The translations under genes were made by a program, and so were the position numbers. Under the pieces are notes generated by a model. That model worked only from the letters and a program-made list of their open reading frames with translations, did not search any database and was not told where the DNA came from. Shown in pieces: positions 1 to 8,744 of a stretch of 64,000 nucleotides of DNA (its first letter is position 1; every line of letters begins with the position of its first letter). Origin of the DNA: Candidatus Moraniibacteriota bacterium (GTDB taxonomy: Bacteria; Patescibacteriota; Minisyncoccia; Moranbacterales; DUUL01); assembly GCA_041596615.1 (NCBI GenBank), contig JBFHIG010000002.1:67162-131161 (forward strand). The letters are read 5' to 3'.

Positions 1-1801
1 CATCAGAAACTAGACGAGCCCCAACATAAGGATAGTAATTAACGTTACCCGCTATCGTATCAGCCATCTGAGTCCAAGAGTTTCCAGTAATATCATAACG
101 ATAAAAATCATCCTGGGCATTACCTCTTAGCACATAAATAAATCCATCCGCAGCATTATAGGTAGCACTAGCCCCTTGACCAAAAGTTCCTGGTGCTACA
201 GACATTGTACTCCAAGAATTTCCCGCAACACTATAGCGGTAAAAATTACCGGTGGTATTATCTCCTCTTGGAATGTAGATATATCCATTATGAAAAGTAC
301 CCTTCGTGTCATAGTTCATATTCGCTGGTAGATTTGCCATCGTACTCCAAGTATTAGCAGAAACATCGAAACGATAGAAAGCATTACTATTGTCACCTTT
401 AACCCCATACAAATAATTTCCAGCACCAGTAACACCATTCCAAATTAAATTTCCACCCGTATAAAATGTACTTGGTGCATCCGTAGGACCGACCCAATCA
501 CCATTTAAACCAGCTTCGGGATCAAATTTCCAAAAAGTATTTGATCCATTACCTCTGATTACAAAAAATTTATCACTCTCGGAATCATATGCTATTGAAG
601 AATAATTAGTAGCAAGAGGAGTGTCTTCTAAAGATTCCCACGAATCTTCTGCCACATTATAGCGATAAAAAGTGGTAGTATTATAAGAACGCAAAAAATA
701 AACATATCCATCTCGATAAACGCCTTTTTGTTCACCATAAAAAGATAGAGGTGAGCTTGCTAATGCATTCCAAGAATTACTACTGATGTCATATTCCCAA
801 AAAGTTCTTTGATTATAACCACGAAGAACATACATCTTTCCATTTTCACCATAAACAAGGCCTCCTCCTGTATAAATATTTGCAGGAGCTGGAGCAAGGT
901 TATACCAACTACTTTCTTCCATGTCAAATTTCCAAAAATCTGTAGAATTTTGCCCACGTGTTATAAAAAGGTCTGTCCCATCAGATTCAATCCCGGCACC
1001 TGAATATACCGAATCCAAAAGATCCGGAAATTTTTCCCATTCTCCGCTTTCAATATCATAAGAATAAAAATCTTTTGAATAACCTCCAAAAATAAAATAT
1101 AGTTTATCAACTCCATTATATGCAATATCAGCACCATAAAAAGCTGGTTGTGGCATATCAATGGTTTCGATCCACTCGTTATGCTCAATATTATAAACAT
1201 ACAAATCGTTGTCACTATACCCCCTAACTAAATATAGATAGTTTCCTACAACAATAGATGTAGATCCATATGCTATCGTGTCTTCCGTTGGAGCCCACGA
1301 ACGTGCAGTCCACGTTCCATTTGATTTTAGCTGAATCGAATCCGTTTTACTCGTAGTTGAAATATTTGACATCTCTCCGCTATCCCATTCACTTTGCGAA
1401 GAAATTGTTTTTGATTGTGGTGCAGCAGAAATAATTGGGCTGACCAAAAAAATAACTGCTATCAATAAAGATACTATCGTTGAATTGTAAACAAAAATTT
1501 TAATTGCACGAATAATGAAGTTGAGTACATTCCCAACGATATCTTTAATCCTTGAAAAAACCTTCAAAACAGTGAACTGCCAACCCAAAACATTTCTATT
1601 TCTTTTTTTATTTTCGGCTTGTTTCAAAAACTCATCCAGTTTATTAAGTGAAGCCTGTGGATTTTCTTGCACCTTTCTAACTTCATTCCCTCTTATAAAG
1701 TGTCCCAAAAAAGCAAAGAAACAAAATTTATCATTCTGTTTTAAAGAGTTTACATAGACCCCCCTTCTCTTGCTTTTATTATTTATATTTTTTTGTTTCA
1801 T
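1..1801 (-). CDS. Kelch-like beta-propeller repeat protein with N-terminal membrane anchor (partial; C-terminus lies beyond the window start)
   Basis: Own reverse-strand translation from ATG at 1801-1799: MKQKNINNKSKRRGVYVNSLKQ... A hydrophobic anchor follows (IVSLLIAVIFLVSPIISAA). Then at least 9 tandem ~50-aa blades each end in an aromatic-x-(Y/F)D...(S/E)W signature: LYVYNIEHNEWIE, DFYSYDIESGEWEK, DFWKFDMEESSWYN, TFWEYDISSNSWNA, TFYRYNVAEDSWES, AFYRFDVSANTWST, NFYRYSVAGNSWST, DFYRYDITGNSWTQ. There is no stop before position 1, which explains its absence from the ORF track. Confidence 0.7.
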   Translation of the reverse strand, partial: MKQKNINNKSKRRGVYVNSLKQNDKFCFFAFLGHFIRGNEVRKVQENPQASLNKLDEFLKQAENKKRNRNVLGWQFTVLKVFSRIKDIVGNVLNFIIRAIKIFVYNSTIVSLLIAVIFLVSPIISAAPQSKTISSQSEWDSGEMSNISTTSKTDSIQLKSNGTWTARSWAPTEDTIAYGSTSIVVGNYLYLVRGYSDNDLYVYNIEHNEWIETIDMPQPAFYGADIAYNGVDKLYFIFGGYSKDFYSYDIESGEWEKFPDLLDSVYSGAGIESDGTDLFITRGQNSTDFWKFDMEESSWYNLAPAPANIYTGGGLVYGENGKMYVLRGYNQRTFWEYDISSNSWNALASSPLSFYGEQKGVYRDGYVYFLRSYNTTTFYRYNVAEDSWESLEDTPLATNYSSIAYDSESDKFFVIRGNGSNTFWKFDPEAGLNGDWVGPTDAPSTFYTGGNLIWNGVTGAGNYLYGVKGDNSNAFYRFDVSANTWSTMANLPANMNYDTKGTFHNGYIYIPRGDNTTGNFYRYSVAGNSWSTMSVAPGTFGQGASATYNAADGFIYVLRGNAQDDFYRYDITGNSWTQMADTIAGNVNYYPYVGARLVSD

Positions 1802-1948
1802 CCTCAATCAATGAAGCCGATCTAGCTCTAAAAAATAACTTTTTCAACTTTTAAAGTCGGGCTTAACTTGCTTTTATTTTTTGCTCACCCCGATTCTATT
1901 CTAGAAATGAGTCAGTTTTTAAAGTGAATCTCTTTTTGTTTTTTCTTT

Positions 1949-2608
1949 TTAAAATTTCCAAACAGCTTCGTTTCTTGCAAAATCTCTCCTTGATATCTCA
2001 GTTTGTTCAATAGACTCACTTTTTAGATATATCTTTTTCCCTTTTTCGAAATTTCCTTTTTTCTCATCATTTAAAAATACATCAACATTTTCCTCAAAAA
2101 CCAACAATTTAGGATCCTTTTGAAATCCCTTTTCTACAGCAAAAAAAGAAGAGAGAGTTTCTGCTCGATAGTCTTTCACTCCAACACTATACTTCCTAGA
2201 ACTTACAAAATTAACCTTGTTATAAACAAAACCGTTTATAAGAGAAATATTGATTTGATATAGTTTATTTTCAAAAATCAGTTGAGTAACTTCATCCATG
2301 CTCATAACACTACCATCATCAAATTTAATAACAGCCTTTGAATCAGCTAGAGTTCTAATCTCCATACCTGAAATAATTTTATCCCCCACCGAAAGACTTT
2401 TCCAGCCGCCGCCGCCAGAAATCCTCTGCTCGATTACTCCTTCTATAGATTCTATATTCCCTGTATAAATACCTTCCTCGGAAAAAAGTTGTCCTTTTGC
2501 TAATTGCACCACCAAATCATCTCCTTTATCTGGGAATTTAACTAAAAGTCCTGATATAGCAAAAAGAGCAAACATGATAACTGTCAAAACCACGTTGATA
2601 ATATTCAT
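1949..2608 (-). CDS. membrane-anchored FecR-domain-like protein
   Basis: Track ORF of 219 aa. N-terminal TM helix (VVLTVIMFALFAISGLLV). The segment GDKIISGMEIRTLADSKAVIKFDDGSVMSMDEVTQLIF resembles the FecR beta-sandwich pattern. Confidence 0.45.
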   Translation of the reverse strand: MNIINVVLTVIMFALFAISGLLVKFPDKGDDLVVQLAKGQLFSEEGIYTGNIESIEGVIEQRISGGGGWKSLSVGDKIISGMEIRTLADSKAVIKFDDGSVMSMDEVTQLIFENKLYQINISLINGFVYNKVNFVSSRKYSVGVKDYRAETLSSFFAVEKGFQKDPKLLVFEENVDVFLNDEKKGNFEKGKKIYLKSESIEQTEISRRDFARNEAVWKF

Positions 2609-2784
2609 TTCACAGTTTTTTACTGCTTGTATAATTACAAATTAATTATACCAGAAGGTTCTATAAAATGGAATAGGAAAAACTTTGTTTAAAGCATAAG
2701 AGCCCCTCGTGAGATTGTCGTGATTGAATTTTATTTTTTTTTGTTTATCTCAACCTCCTTTTGAAAATAATTTCAGATAATTGT

Positions 2785-2812
2785 TTGACAGAAAAAAATG
2801 TTTATTTATAAT
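2785..2812 (+). promoter_or_regulatory. sigma70-type promoter (TTGACA, 16-nt spacer, TATAAT)
   Basis: TTGACA at 2785-2790 and TATAAT at 2807-2812. It faces the mini-ORF at 2914. Confidence 0.5.
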
Positions 2813-2913
2813 TATTATTGTATAAGTTTGGACATTCTGGGTAAAAACTCTGGGATTCCAGCTTTATAACGAAACGTAGTTGCATTATTAGCCTTCGAAA
2901 AGGAGATTTGCCG

Positions 2914-3066
2914 ATGAAACATGCGAAAAAACTTTTTTCAAACGGAGCAAATGCCGCCAACCTCGCCGGGATGCCGAAAAGGAATATGGTGACCACCGAT
3001 ATTGTCGCCGATCCTGCCGCCAACCAAAATTTTGAGGCCAACCTCTCCGAAAACAGTGCCGCCTGA
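2914..3066 (+). CDS. 50-aa small protein candidate (GC3-rich mini-ORF 1)
   Basis: AGGAG at 2901-2905 lies 8 nt before ATG 2914. Peptide: MKHAKKLFSNGANAANLAGMPKRNMVTTDIVADPAANQNFEANLSENSAA, with TGA at 3064-3066. It is flanked by a consensus promoter and a strong terminator. It is below the 60-aa cutoff of the ORF track. It could instead be a structured RNA. Confidence 0.35.
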   Translation: MKHAKKLFSNGANAANLAGMPKRNMVTTDIVADPAANQNFEANLSENSAA

Positions 3067-3124
3067 CCACAATGCCTGGCAGCTGACGGAGAAAATCTAA
3101 TGATGTGGTCCTAATGACCAGGAA

Positions 3125-3170
3125 ACCGGATATTTAGTCGAAACTAGATATCCGGTCCTTTTTTATTTTT
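3125..3170 (+). terminator. intrinsic terminator
   Basis: ACCGGATAT(T)TAG - tcgaaa - CTA(G)ATATCCGGT, followed by CCTTTTTTATTTTT. Confidence 0.7.
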
Positions 3171-3396
3171 AAATAAAATTCTTAAAATAAGCCAAAAAAT
3201 GCATACTTAAAACTCTACACAGCAAAAGTACTTGACAAAAAATCTTAAAAAAATCTTAAATGTGTATTATTATTGTTAAAGTACTCTAAACAATAGTTAC
3301 AAATTGTATCAGAGGAGCAAGACGCTTTGTCTTACTTCAATCCCAAAAACATAGCAATCTAGCTGTGTGGAAACTTCTTCGAGAAAGGAGAGAACT

Positions 3397-3510
3397 ATGA
3401 CGAACTACCTGTCACTGCAGCTTGAAGAAGAAGAGTGGGTATCTCCCCCGCTGCCTGAGAATGAGATTTTAAATTATATTAATTTGAACTGTCGCCGTTC
3501 GGCGCACTAG
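3397..3510 (+). CDS. 37-aa small protein candidate (GC3-rich mini-ORF 2)
   Basis: GAAAGGAG ends 6 nt before ATG 3397. Peptide: MTNYLSLQLEEEEWVSPPLPENEILNYINLNCRRSAH, with TAG at 3508-3510. Coding status is uncertain because the segment is also heavily self-complementary. Confidence 0.25.
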   Translation: MTNYLSLQLEEEEWVSPPLPENEILNYINLNCRRSAH

Positions 3511-3522
3511 CCTGCCCCGGCT

Positions 3523-3677
3523 GGCCCCATAATTAAATTTGCTGATTAAAGCAAAGGATCATTCTGGGGCCCATGTCTCATTGCTAAAATTATTGCTATT
3601 TTTTTATCAAAAAAATAGCAATAATTTTCAATGGTGAGACTTTAAGCCGATTTCCCTAAAAGGAGGTCGGCTGTTTT
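3523..3677 (+). other. series of three hairpins downstream of mini-ORF 2
   Basis: GGCCCC(3523-3528)...GGGGCC(3566-3571) encloses TTTGCT-gatta-AGCAAA. An extended AT-rich hairpin runs from GTCTCA (3575) to TGAGAC (3640), with a perfect core ATTGCTATTTTTTT-atc-AAAAAAATAGCAAT. AGCCGA(3645)...TCGGCT(3672) plus TTTT has a loop containing AAAAGGAGG. Confidence 0.6.
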
Positions 3678-3756
3678 AATTCTCAATCTCCTAGCAAAAA
3701 AATCTCTTTGTGTCAAAATAGGTTTATAAAAATAATTTTCTATCTAAAAAATTAAT

Positions 3757-4227
3757 ATGTTTTTAAATCTCAAAATTGTTGCTGTTGGAAAAATTAAAAA
3801 TAAAGAAATTGCTGCACTTGCAGGAGAATACCAAAAAAGACTCTCTCCTTTTTGCAAACTACAAATAATCGAACTTCCAGCCGTTCCTTTTCTAAGTGAC
3901 GGTGACAAAGAAAAATCAAAGAAAAAAGAAGGTATCAAAATTCTTGAATATCTAGCCAAAAATTCCACCGAAAACTTTTTTCTGTTGGAGGAATACGGCA
4001 AAGAATTTTCTTCTGTAAATTTTTCTGAAAAACTCGCCTCTATTTCTGGTTGCACGACTTTTATTGTCTCTGGAACATTAGGTTTTAGTAAGGAAATTAA
4101 AAAACTTAATCTACCAAGTTTGTCACTTTCTCAAATGACTTTCCCCCATGAAATGGCAAGATTATTATTGCTTGAACAAATCTATCGAGCAATCAGTATT
4201 ATTAACGGGAAAAAATACCACTATTAA
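3757..4227 (+). CDS. rlmH: 23S rRNA (pseudouridine1915-N3)-methyltransferase RlmH (SPOUT)
   Basis: 156 aa. N-terminal KIVAVGKIK and the C-terminal SPOUT knot motif MTFPHEMARLLLLEQIYRAISIINGKKYH, typical of RlmH. Confidence 0.85.
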   Translation: MFLNLKIVAVGKIKNKEIAALAGEYQKRLSPFCKLQIIELPAVPFLSDGDKEKSKKKEGIKILEYLAKNSTENFFLLEEYGKEFSSVNFSEKLASISGCTTFIVSGTLGFSKEIKKLNLPSLSLSQMTFPHEMARLLLLEQIYRAISIINGKKYHY

Positions 4228-4299
4228 CAATTGCTTAGATTTTTTGAGAATGCTTTTTTATTGTGCTATGATTGAATCAAATCTTATACTAAAGCAAAT

Positions 4300-4890
4300 A
4301 TGCCAAAAAGAAAAATAAAAAAAATAGATTTTTCTCCTACAAAACTTCGTAGATTTTTAATGTATTTTTCAGTAGTTGCTTTATTCCTATTCTTTAGTTT
4401 TTTATATTACGGAAAAGTACAAAGGGAGAAAATTTCATTAATTCAAAGTTCTAATATTGAAAATATTGAAAAAATAGAGCTCGAAAAAAGAATCCACAAA
4501 ATGGTAAAAGGCTATCCAATTGAGGAAATGGTTCCCTACATCATGGAACATGACCAGATTGTTTCGATTTTCCTTGTCAGCATTGCTAAAAAAGAAAGTA
4601 ACTGGGGCATAAGCACTCCCAAATATAAAGGAAAAGATTGTTTCAATTATTGGGGGTACCGAGGCCCCAATCCACTTGGAAGTGGTGGTCATTCCTGCTT
4701 TTCATCACGAGAAGAGGCTGTTGATATTGTTGGAAAAAGAATCAATTCTTTAGTTAAGGAATCGAACTGCAATACGCCTGCTAAAATGATTGTTTGGAAG
4801 TGTGGATCTTCCTGTAAAACACACAACCCTTTTGGCGTCAAAAAGTGGATTAGTGATGTCGATTTATATTTCAAGAAGCTTTCACAATAA
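4300..4890 (+). CDS. membrane-anchored Cys-rich lysozyme-like (GH73-type motif) domain protein, paralog A
   Basis: N-terminal TM helix (FLMYFSVVALFLFFSFLYYG). C-terminal domain: IAKKESNWG...GKDCFNYWGYRG...HSCFSSREEAVDIVGKRI...WKCGSSC...KKWISDV. This domain is shared with the ORFs at 29605 and 30630. The E-S-x-x-G ... N-x-(F/W)-G-x-(K/R) spacing resembles the GH73 glucosaminidase signature. Confidence 0.4.
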   Translation: MPKRKIKKIDFSPTKLRRFLMYFSVVALFLFFSFLYYGKVQREKISLIQSSNIENIEKIELEKRIHKMVKGYPIEEMVPYIMEHDQIVSIFLVSIAKKESNWGISTPKYKGKDCFNYWGYRGPNPLGSGGHSCFSSREEAVDIVGKRINSLVKESNCNTPAKMIVWKCGSSCKTHNPFGVKKWISDVDLYFKKLSQ

Positions 4891-5043
4891 CATCACGGCA
4901 ACCTGGTGCTAATTATAAAATATGCCAATCCAATTAACTTCCAAAAAATAATTACTTCTTTACTTTATTGTTCTATGCTCAACCTTAAAAGCTTTCGAAA
5001 ACCTAGAGAAATCTTTTTAAACTTAACTAAGAATAAGTATTTT

Positions 5044-6042
5044 ATGCCTATCCTAAAAAGATTTCTCGTTTACTCATTTATTGCAGTACTGCTTTTTTGG
5101 GCGAACGAAGAAATAAAAGTTAAAGTAGCAAGTTATACCAAAAATATTCTCGGGGTTCCTAGCGGTGGGATTGTCTTTGTTAATCAACTTGCTAGTGCTG
5201 ATTTTAAAAATGGCTCTATCGAGCACCCTTTTAGTGAAATAAAAGAAGCTCTCGAGTTTATAAAAAAAAACAGCTCTTTTAAGATTATACATGTTTCAAC
5301 TGGGGTATATAGCGAAAAAGTTTCTTTACCAGAAAATGTCATTTTGACAGGAGAAACAGCTTCTGACGGAAAGTTATTAACTTCAATCCAATCTCCTGAA
5401 AAAGGCTCTGATGATGTTATTGTTGCTAATAATAACGTTACGCTTTTTAGGCTTTTAATAAAGGATGGGAGATATAATGTTCACATCCCCGAAAATAAAG
5501 ACAATGTTTTGATTTCAAACTGTACTATCACAAATGCTTCGAAATATGGCATTTTTAATGAAAAAAATTCCTCAAATCTTCCTCGGCTTCGCATCATAAA
5601 CACCTCTGTTGTTGAAAATGGCAAACAAGGCGCCTATCTCAAAAAAAGTTCTGTAGAAATTAGGAATTCTTTTTTTAATAGAAACGGCGAGGAGGGTATT
5701 GATTTACACGCTGGGATGACTACTGTTATAGATAACGTCGAGGTAATGGAAAATAAAGAAGGTGGTGTTGAAACTGAGATTGGAGATATAAACTTAATAA
5801 TTAAAAACTCCAAATTTATAGGGAACGGCTCAAGCGGAATAAACTTGCAAACATTTGAAGAAAATTCCTTCATAGAAATTAGAAATAATATTATTACCAA
5901 CAATCTTCATTTTGGAATTAGATGTGCCTTGCATGCGCCAATAAAGTCTCCTTACTTTACAAAAATGGTGAAAATCTCAGATGACAATGTTTTTGATCAA
6001 AACGGAAAAGAGGATATAGACCCTACATGCAAAGCTAGATAA
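5044..6042 (+). CDS. secreted or anchored right-handed parallel beta-helix repeat protein (DUF1565/pectate-lyase-like)
   Basis: The track ORF starts at GTG 4906. The ATG at 5044 gives MPILKRFLVYSFIAVLLFW, a signal or anchor. GSIEHPFSEIKEALEFI plus repeated N-x-x-G-I-x-L / NN turns (NASKYGIFNE, ENGKQGAYLK, RNGEEGIDLH, GNGSSGINLQ, NNLHFGIRC). Confidence 0.6.
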   Translation: MPILKRFLVYSFIAVLLFWANEEIKVKVASYTKNILGVPSGGIVFVNQLASADFKNGSIEHPFSEIKEALEFIKKNSSFKIIHVSTGVYSEKVSLPENVILTGETASDGKLLTSIQSPEKGSDDVIVANNNVTLFRLLIKDGRYNVHIPENKDNVLISNCTITNASKYGIFNEKNSSNLPRLRIINTSVVENGKQGAYLKKSSVEIRNSFFNRNGEEGIDLHAGMTTVIDNVEVMENKEGGVETEIGDINLIIKNSKFIGNGSSGINLQTFEENSFIEIRNNIITNNLHFGIRCALHAPIKSPYFTKMVKISDDNVFDQNGKEDIDPTCKAR

Positions 6043-6132
6043 AAAACTAATCTTTTGTCTAATTTGCGATAGCCCAAAAAAATAAAACCCTGATATTGTC
6101 AGGATTTTATTTTTTGCATATAGAAAGTTTTT

Positions 6133-8589
6133 TTATTCGAAATCATCTTTGGTTAGCGAAATTTCTCCACCCCTCTCAACATCTTTCGCAATAATTTTTG
6201 TAGCAATCTTGTCTTCGATTTTATCAGAAATATACCTGTTAATCGAACGAGCACCAAAAACAGGATCGTAGCCTTTTTCAATCACGCAATCCACAACTTC
6301 TTCGTTAAATTTAACAGTAATGTTTTTTTCCCTACTAACTCTGGTAGCAAATTTATTTAACATCAACGAAATCACTTGCTTCATCTGATTGTTTTCCAGG
6401 GCTCTAAAAAATACAACTGAATCAAAACGATTTAAAAATTCAACTCTAAACAGTCCTTCTTTCACAATATAATCAACCAGTCTCTTCCTTAGTTCCTCCG
6501 CCTCAACTCCTTGCTCAACCATTTCCTTAATCAAGGAAGCTCCGGCATTTGAAGTGGCAATAATAATAGTCCCTCGGAAGCTAATTTTCTCCCCAAACCC
6601 ATCCGTAATATACCCCTCATCCAAAACTTGCAAAAATAAATCCAAAATATCACTATGGGCCTTTTCTATCTCATCTAGCAAAATAAGCGAAAAAGGAGAA
6701 TCTTTTGTTTTGGAAGTCAAAATCCCAATTTCTCCAGTATTTTGAGAGCCTATTAATCTTCCAATTGAGTCTTGAGTTTTATATTCACTCATATCAATCC
6801 TAATCATGCGCTCTTCATTACCGAAATGAACTTCTGCAAGAGCTTTGGCTGTTTCAGTTTTCCCAACTCCGGTTGGTCCAAGAAATAAAAAACTTCCAAT
6901 TGGTTTTTTAATATCTCTAATCCCAGCCCGCATTTTTCTGATTGAATTTGCAATTTGAATTACAGCACCATCTTGCCCAATAACTCTTGTGTGTAAAAGA
7001 TCTTCCATTTTCATCAATTTATCCTTTTCGTCCTGTTCAATTTGACCTTGTTTTGTGCCGGTTTTGATACTCATCACACGAAATACATCCTCGGTGCCAA
7101 TGAGCTTTCCTTGATCGGCATAGTTTTTCTCCCAATACAAAAGTACACTATTTGCAAAACCAATTGCCCTGCCAGGCAAAGGCATAATTTTTCCTAACTG
7201 TGAAGATCGGCGCACAATTTCTCTTAATGCTTGAAAAGTGAAAACAACAATATCATGCTCTACTTCACTAAATTTTTGCAACAAAATTTCAATCGCTTCT
7301 TCGTCACTTGGCTCTTTTATTTCGACAACGTCAAAATTCTTGACGATGCTCTCCTGTTTCTCAATCAAGGAATAATAATTATTGCGTGTTGTTGTGGCAA
7401 TCACTTGAAAATTTGGCAACATCAGATATCGATCCATAACAGCCGCTATATTAACAGATGATTTGTGCCCTGGATCAAGATATTTTCCAATTTCATCTAT
7501 AGCTAAAATAATATTTCCTGCGAAAGCGGCTTCTTGAAATAATGAATGCAATGCATGTTCTGGGTCGCCTCCTTCATTTACAACTGCAGAGATTGTACTC
7601 CCAAGATCAACCAGCATGATTCTTTTCTCGTCAAGCTGTTCTCCGGCCTTTCCTTGTAAAACCTGCTTAGCAATGTGATGCATAATAGCTTTTTTTCCAA
7701 CCCCAGATTCGCCCATTAACAAAACATTGTTTTGCTCTCCCTTCATTAGAATCAATTTTGCCATTTCAATTTCTTCATCATAGCCAATTGGTAACACAAG
7801 ACGATATTCTGTTGGATCGTAAGCCGATAACTCAACTGCATGACGATCGATTGTTACCGTATATCCATATTCCCACCCTTTTCCGATAGGAACTGATTTG
7901 CGAAGATTTTCTCTTAACCAAAACTTTCTTGAATTTTCCTTGGCTGTCTGCAAGCTCATTTCCCATTTTAAAATAATTCCGAACTCATCCAAAGTCATAT
8001 CATACGTTTTCAAAAAATCTGCTAATTTCTTTTTGTCTGCCAATATTTCAGATGTTAATTCACCCGTTTTTGCTCCGATTCTTTGTATAACTCTCTTAAA
8101 CCATGTGAATTTTAGCAATTTCTCTATTGGCATATTACTATAAGGAACTTTTTTGCTCTCTAGATATGCCAACATGGTTCCAATTAAAAATAATCCCACC
8201 ACAAGCAAACCAGCCATATACTTTTGCTCTCCAAGCGCCACACCGATAATTGAAATTGTAAGCAAAATAGGAGCTAAAATCCAAACTATCAAAAAAAATA
8301 AACCAACAATAAAAGTTATTGTTGTCATTACGACACCAAAAGATGCAACGAAAAAACGAACCATCGCACCAAAAAATCTCAAAATTATGTTCACTACCAC
8401 TCTCTGCGCTTCCAAGATGGGGTGTAGCCCAATCCAATTCTTAGGACTCAAATCCTTTCTCCAAGGAGAAAAAAGGGTCGCAAAAAGATGTCTCACGCTA
8501 AAAATTGTCAGAAAATGATAAAGGAAATTATTCCAGTTGGAAAAATATTTTTTTATCCCACCAGTCCAGTACCAGATAAGGAAGCCCAT
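6133..8589 (-). CDS. membrane-anchored Hsp100/Clp-family double AAA+ ATPase (ClpB-like, no N-domain and no obvious M-domain)
   Basis: 818 aa. About 150 aa of N-terminal TM helices. D1 has LLMGESGVGKKAIMHHIAKQV and ILAIDEIGKY. D2 has the canonical FLFLGPTGVGKTETAKALAE, LILLDEIEKAH and GARSINRYI. Confidence 0.75.
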   Translation of the reverse strand: MGFLIWYWTGGIKKYFSNWNNFLYHFLTIFSVRHLFATLFSPWRKDLSPKNWIGLHPILEAQRVVVNIILRFFGAMVRFFVASFGVVMTTITFIVGLFFLIVWILAPILLTISIIGVALGEQKYMAGLLVVGLFLIGTMLAYLESKKVPYSNMPIEKLLKFTWFKRVIQRIGAKTGELTSEILADKKKLADFLKTYDMTLDEFGIILKWEMSLQTAKENSRKFWLRENLRKSVPIGKGWEYGYTVTIDRHAVELSAYDPTEYRLVLPIGYDEEIEMAKLILMKGEQNNVLLMGESGVGKKAIMHHIAKQVLQGKAGEQLDEKRIMLVDLGSTISAVVNEGGDPEHALHSLFQEAAFAGNIILAIDEIGKYLDPGHKSSVNIAAVMDRYLMLPNFQVIATTTRNNYYSLIEKQESIVKNFDVVEIKEPSDEEAIEILLQKFSEVEHDIVVFTFQALREIVRRSSQLGKIMPLPGRAIGFANSVLLYWEKNYADQGKLIGTEDVFRVMSIKTGTKQGQIEQDEKDKLMKMEDLLHTRVIGQDGAVIQIANSIRKMRAGIRDIKKPIGSFLFLGPTGVGKTETAKALAEVHFGNEERMIRIDMSEYKTQDSIGRLIGSQNTGEIGILTSKTKDSPFSLILLDEIEKAHSDILDLFLQVLDEGYITDGFGEKISFRGTIIIATSNAGASLIKEMVEQGVEAEELRKRLVDYIVKEGLFRVEFLNRFDSVVFFRALENNQMKQVISLMLNKFATRVSREKNITVKFNEEVVDCVIEKGYDPVFGARSINRYISDKIEDKIATKIIAKDVERGGEISLTKDDFE

Positions 8590-8744
8590 TTTTGCTTTTA
8601 TTTAAATTTTATTTTCTTTTATATTCTATATTAAATTATAACATCAAAAAAAACTTATAACAATTTTATTTGCTAAAATGTAAAAAATTTTTAACTCCCG
8701 TCAATTTTCATGCTATAATGACTTCATGTTAATTACTTTTAGAA

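Noticed and set aside
1-1800. No long ORF is listed in the track for the first 1.8 kb, only short ORFs at 760-957, 809-1003, 961-1215 and 1515-1757. I considered a non-coding region or an alternative genetic code (UGA sense, as in some candidate phyla).
   Set aside because: Hand translation of the minus strand gives one uninterrupted frame from ATG 1801 to position 1, with clear Kelch-like repeats. It is omitted only because it has no in-window stop. TGA is used as a genuine stop elsewhere (for example 3064-3066 and 52486-52488), and all housekeeping genes are intact under the standard code. The short listed ORFs are off-frame or antisense.
2802-3070. Track ORFs on the minus strand (2802-3041, 79 aa; 2888-3070, 60 aa) overlapping mini-ORF 1.
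   Set aside because: They have non-ATG starts with no correctly spaced SD, no promoter or terminator in that orientation, and Arg/Trp-rich or low-complexity translations typical of the antisense of a GC-rich segment.
2880-3170. Possible tmRNA. The mini-ORF ends ...ANLSENSAA-stop, reminiscent of an SsrA tag, in a GC-rich structured context.
   Set aside because: There is no GGGG...UUCGAC acceptor/D-like 5' end, no T-arm (GGUUCGA..) and no CCA-bearing 3' end anywhere in 2800-3700 on either strand. In addition, the ORF has its own SD and ATG.
3090-3170. Hammerhead-ribozyme-like arrangement: CUAAUGA, hairpin UGGUC-cuaau-GACCA, GAAA, stem (the terminator hairpin) closed by A-U, then C, then a U-run able to pair with the upstream A-run.
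   Set aside because: The core deviates at positions known to be essential: CUAAUGA instead of CUGAUGA, an extra U before stem II, and G instead of C closing stem II. Stems I and III are most simply explained as an ordinary terminator plus A and T runs.
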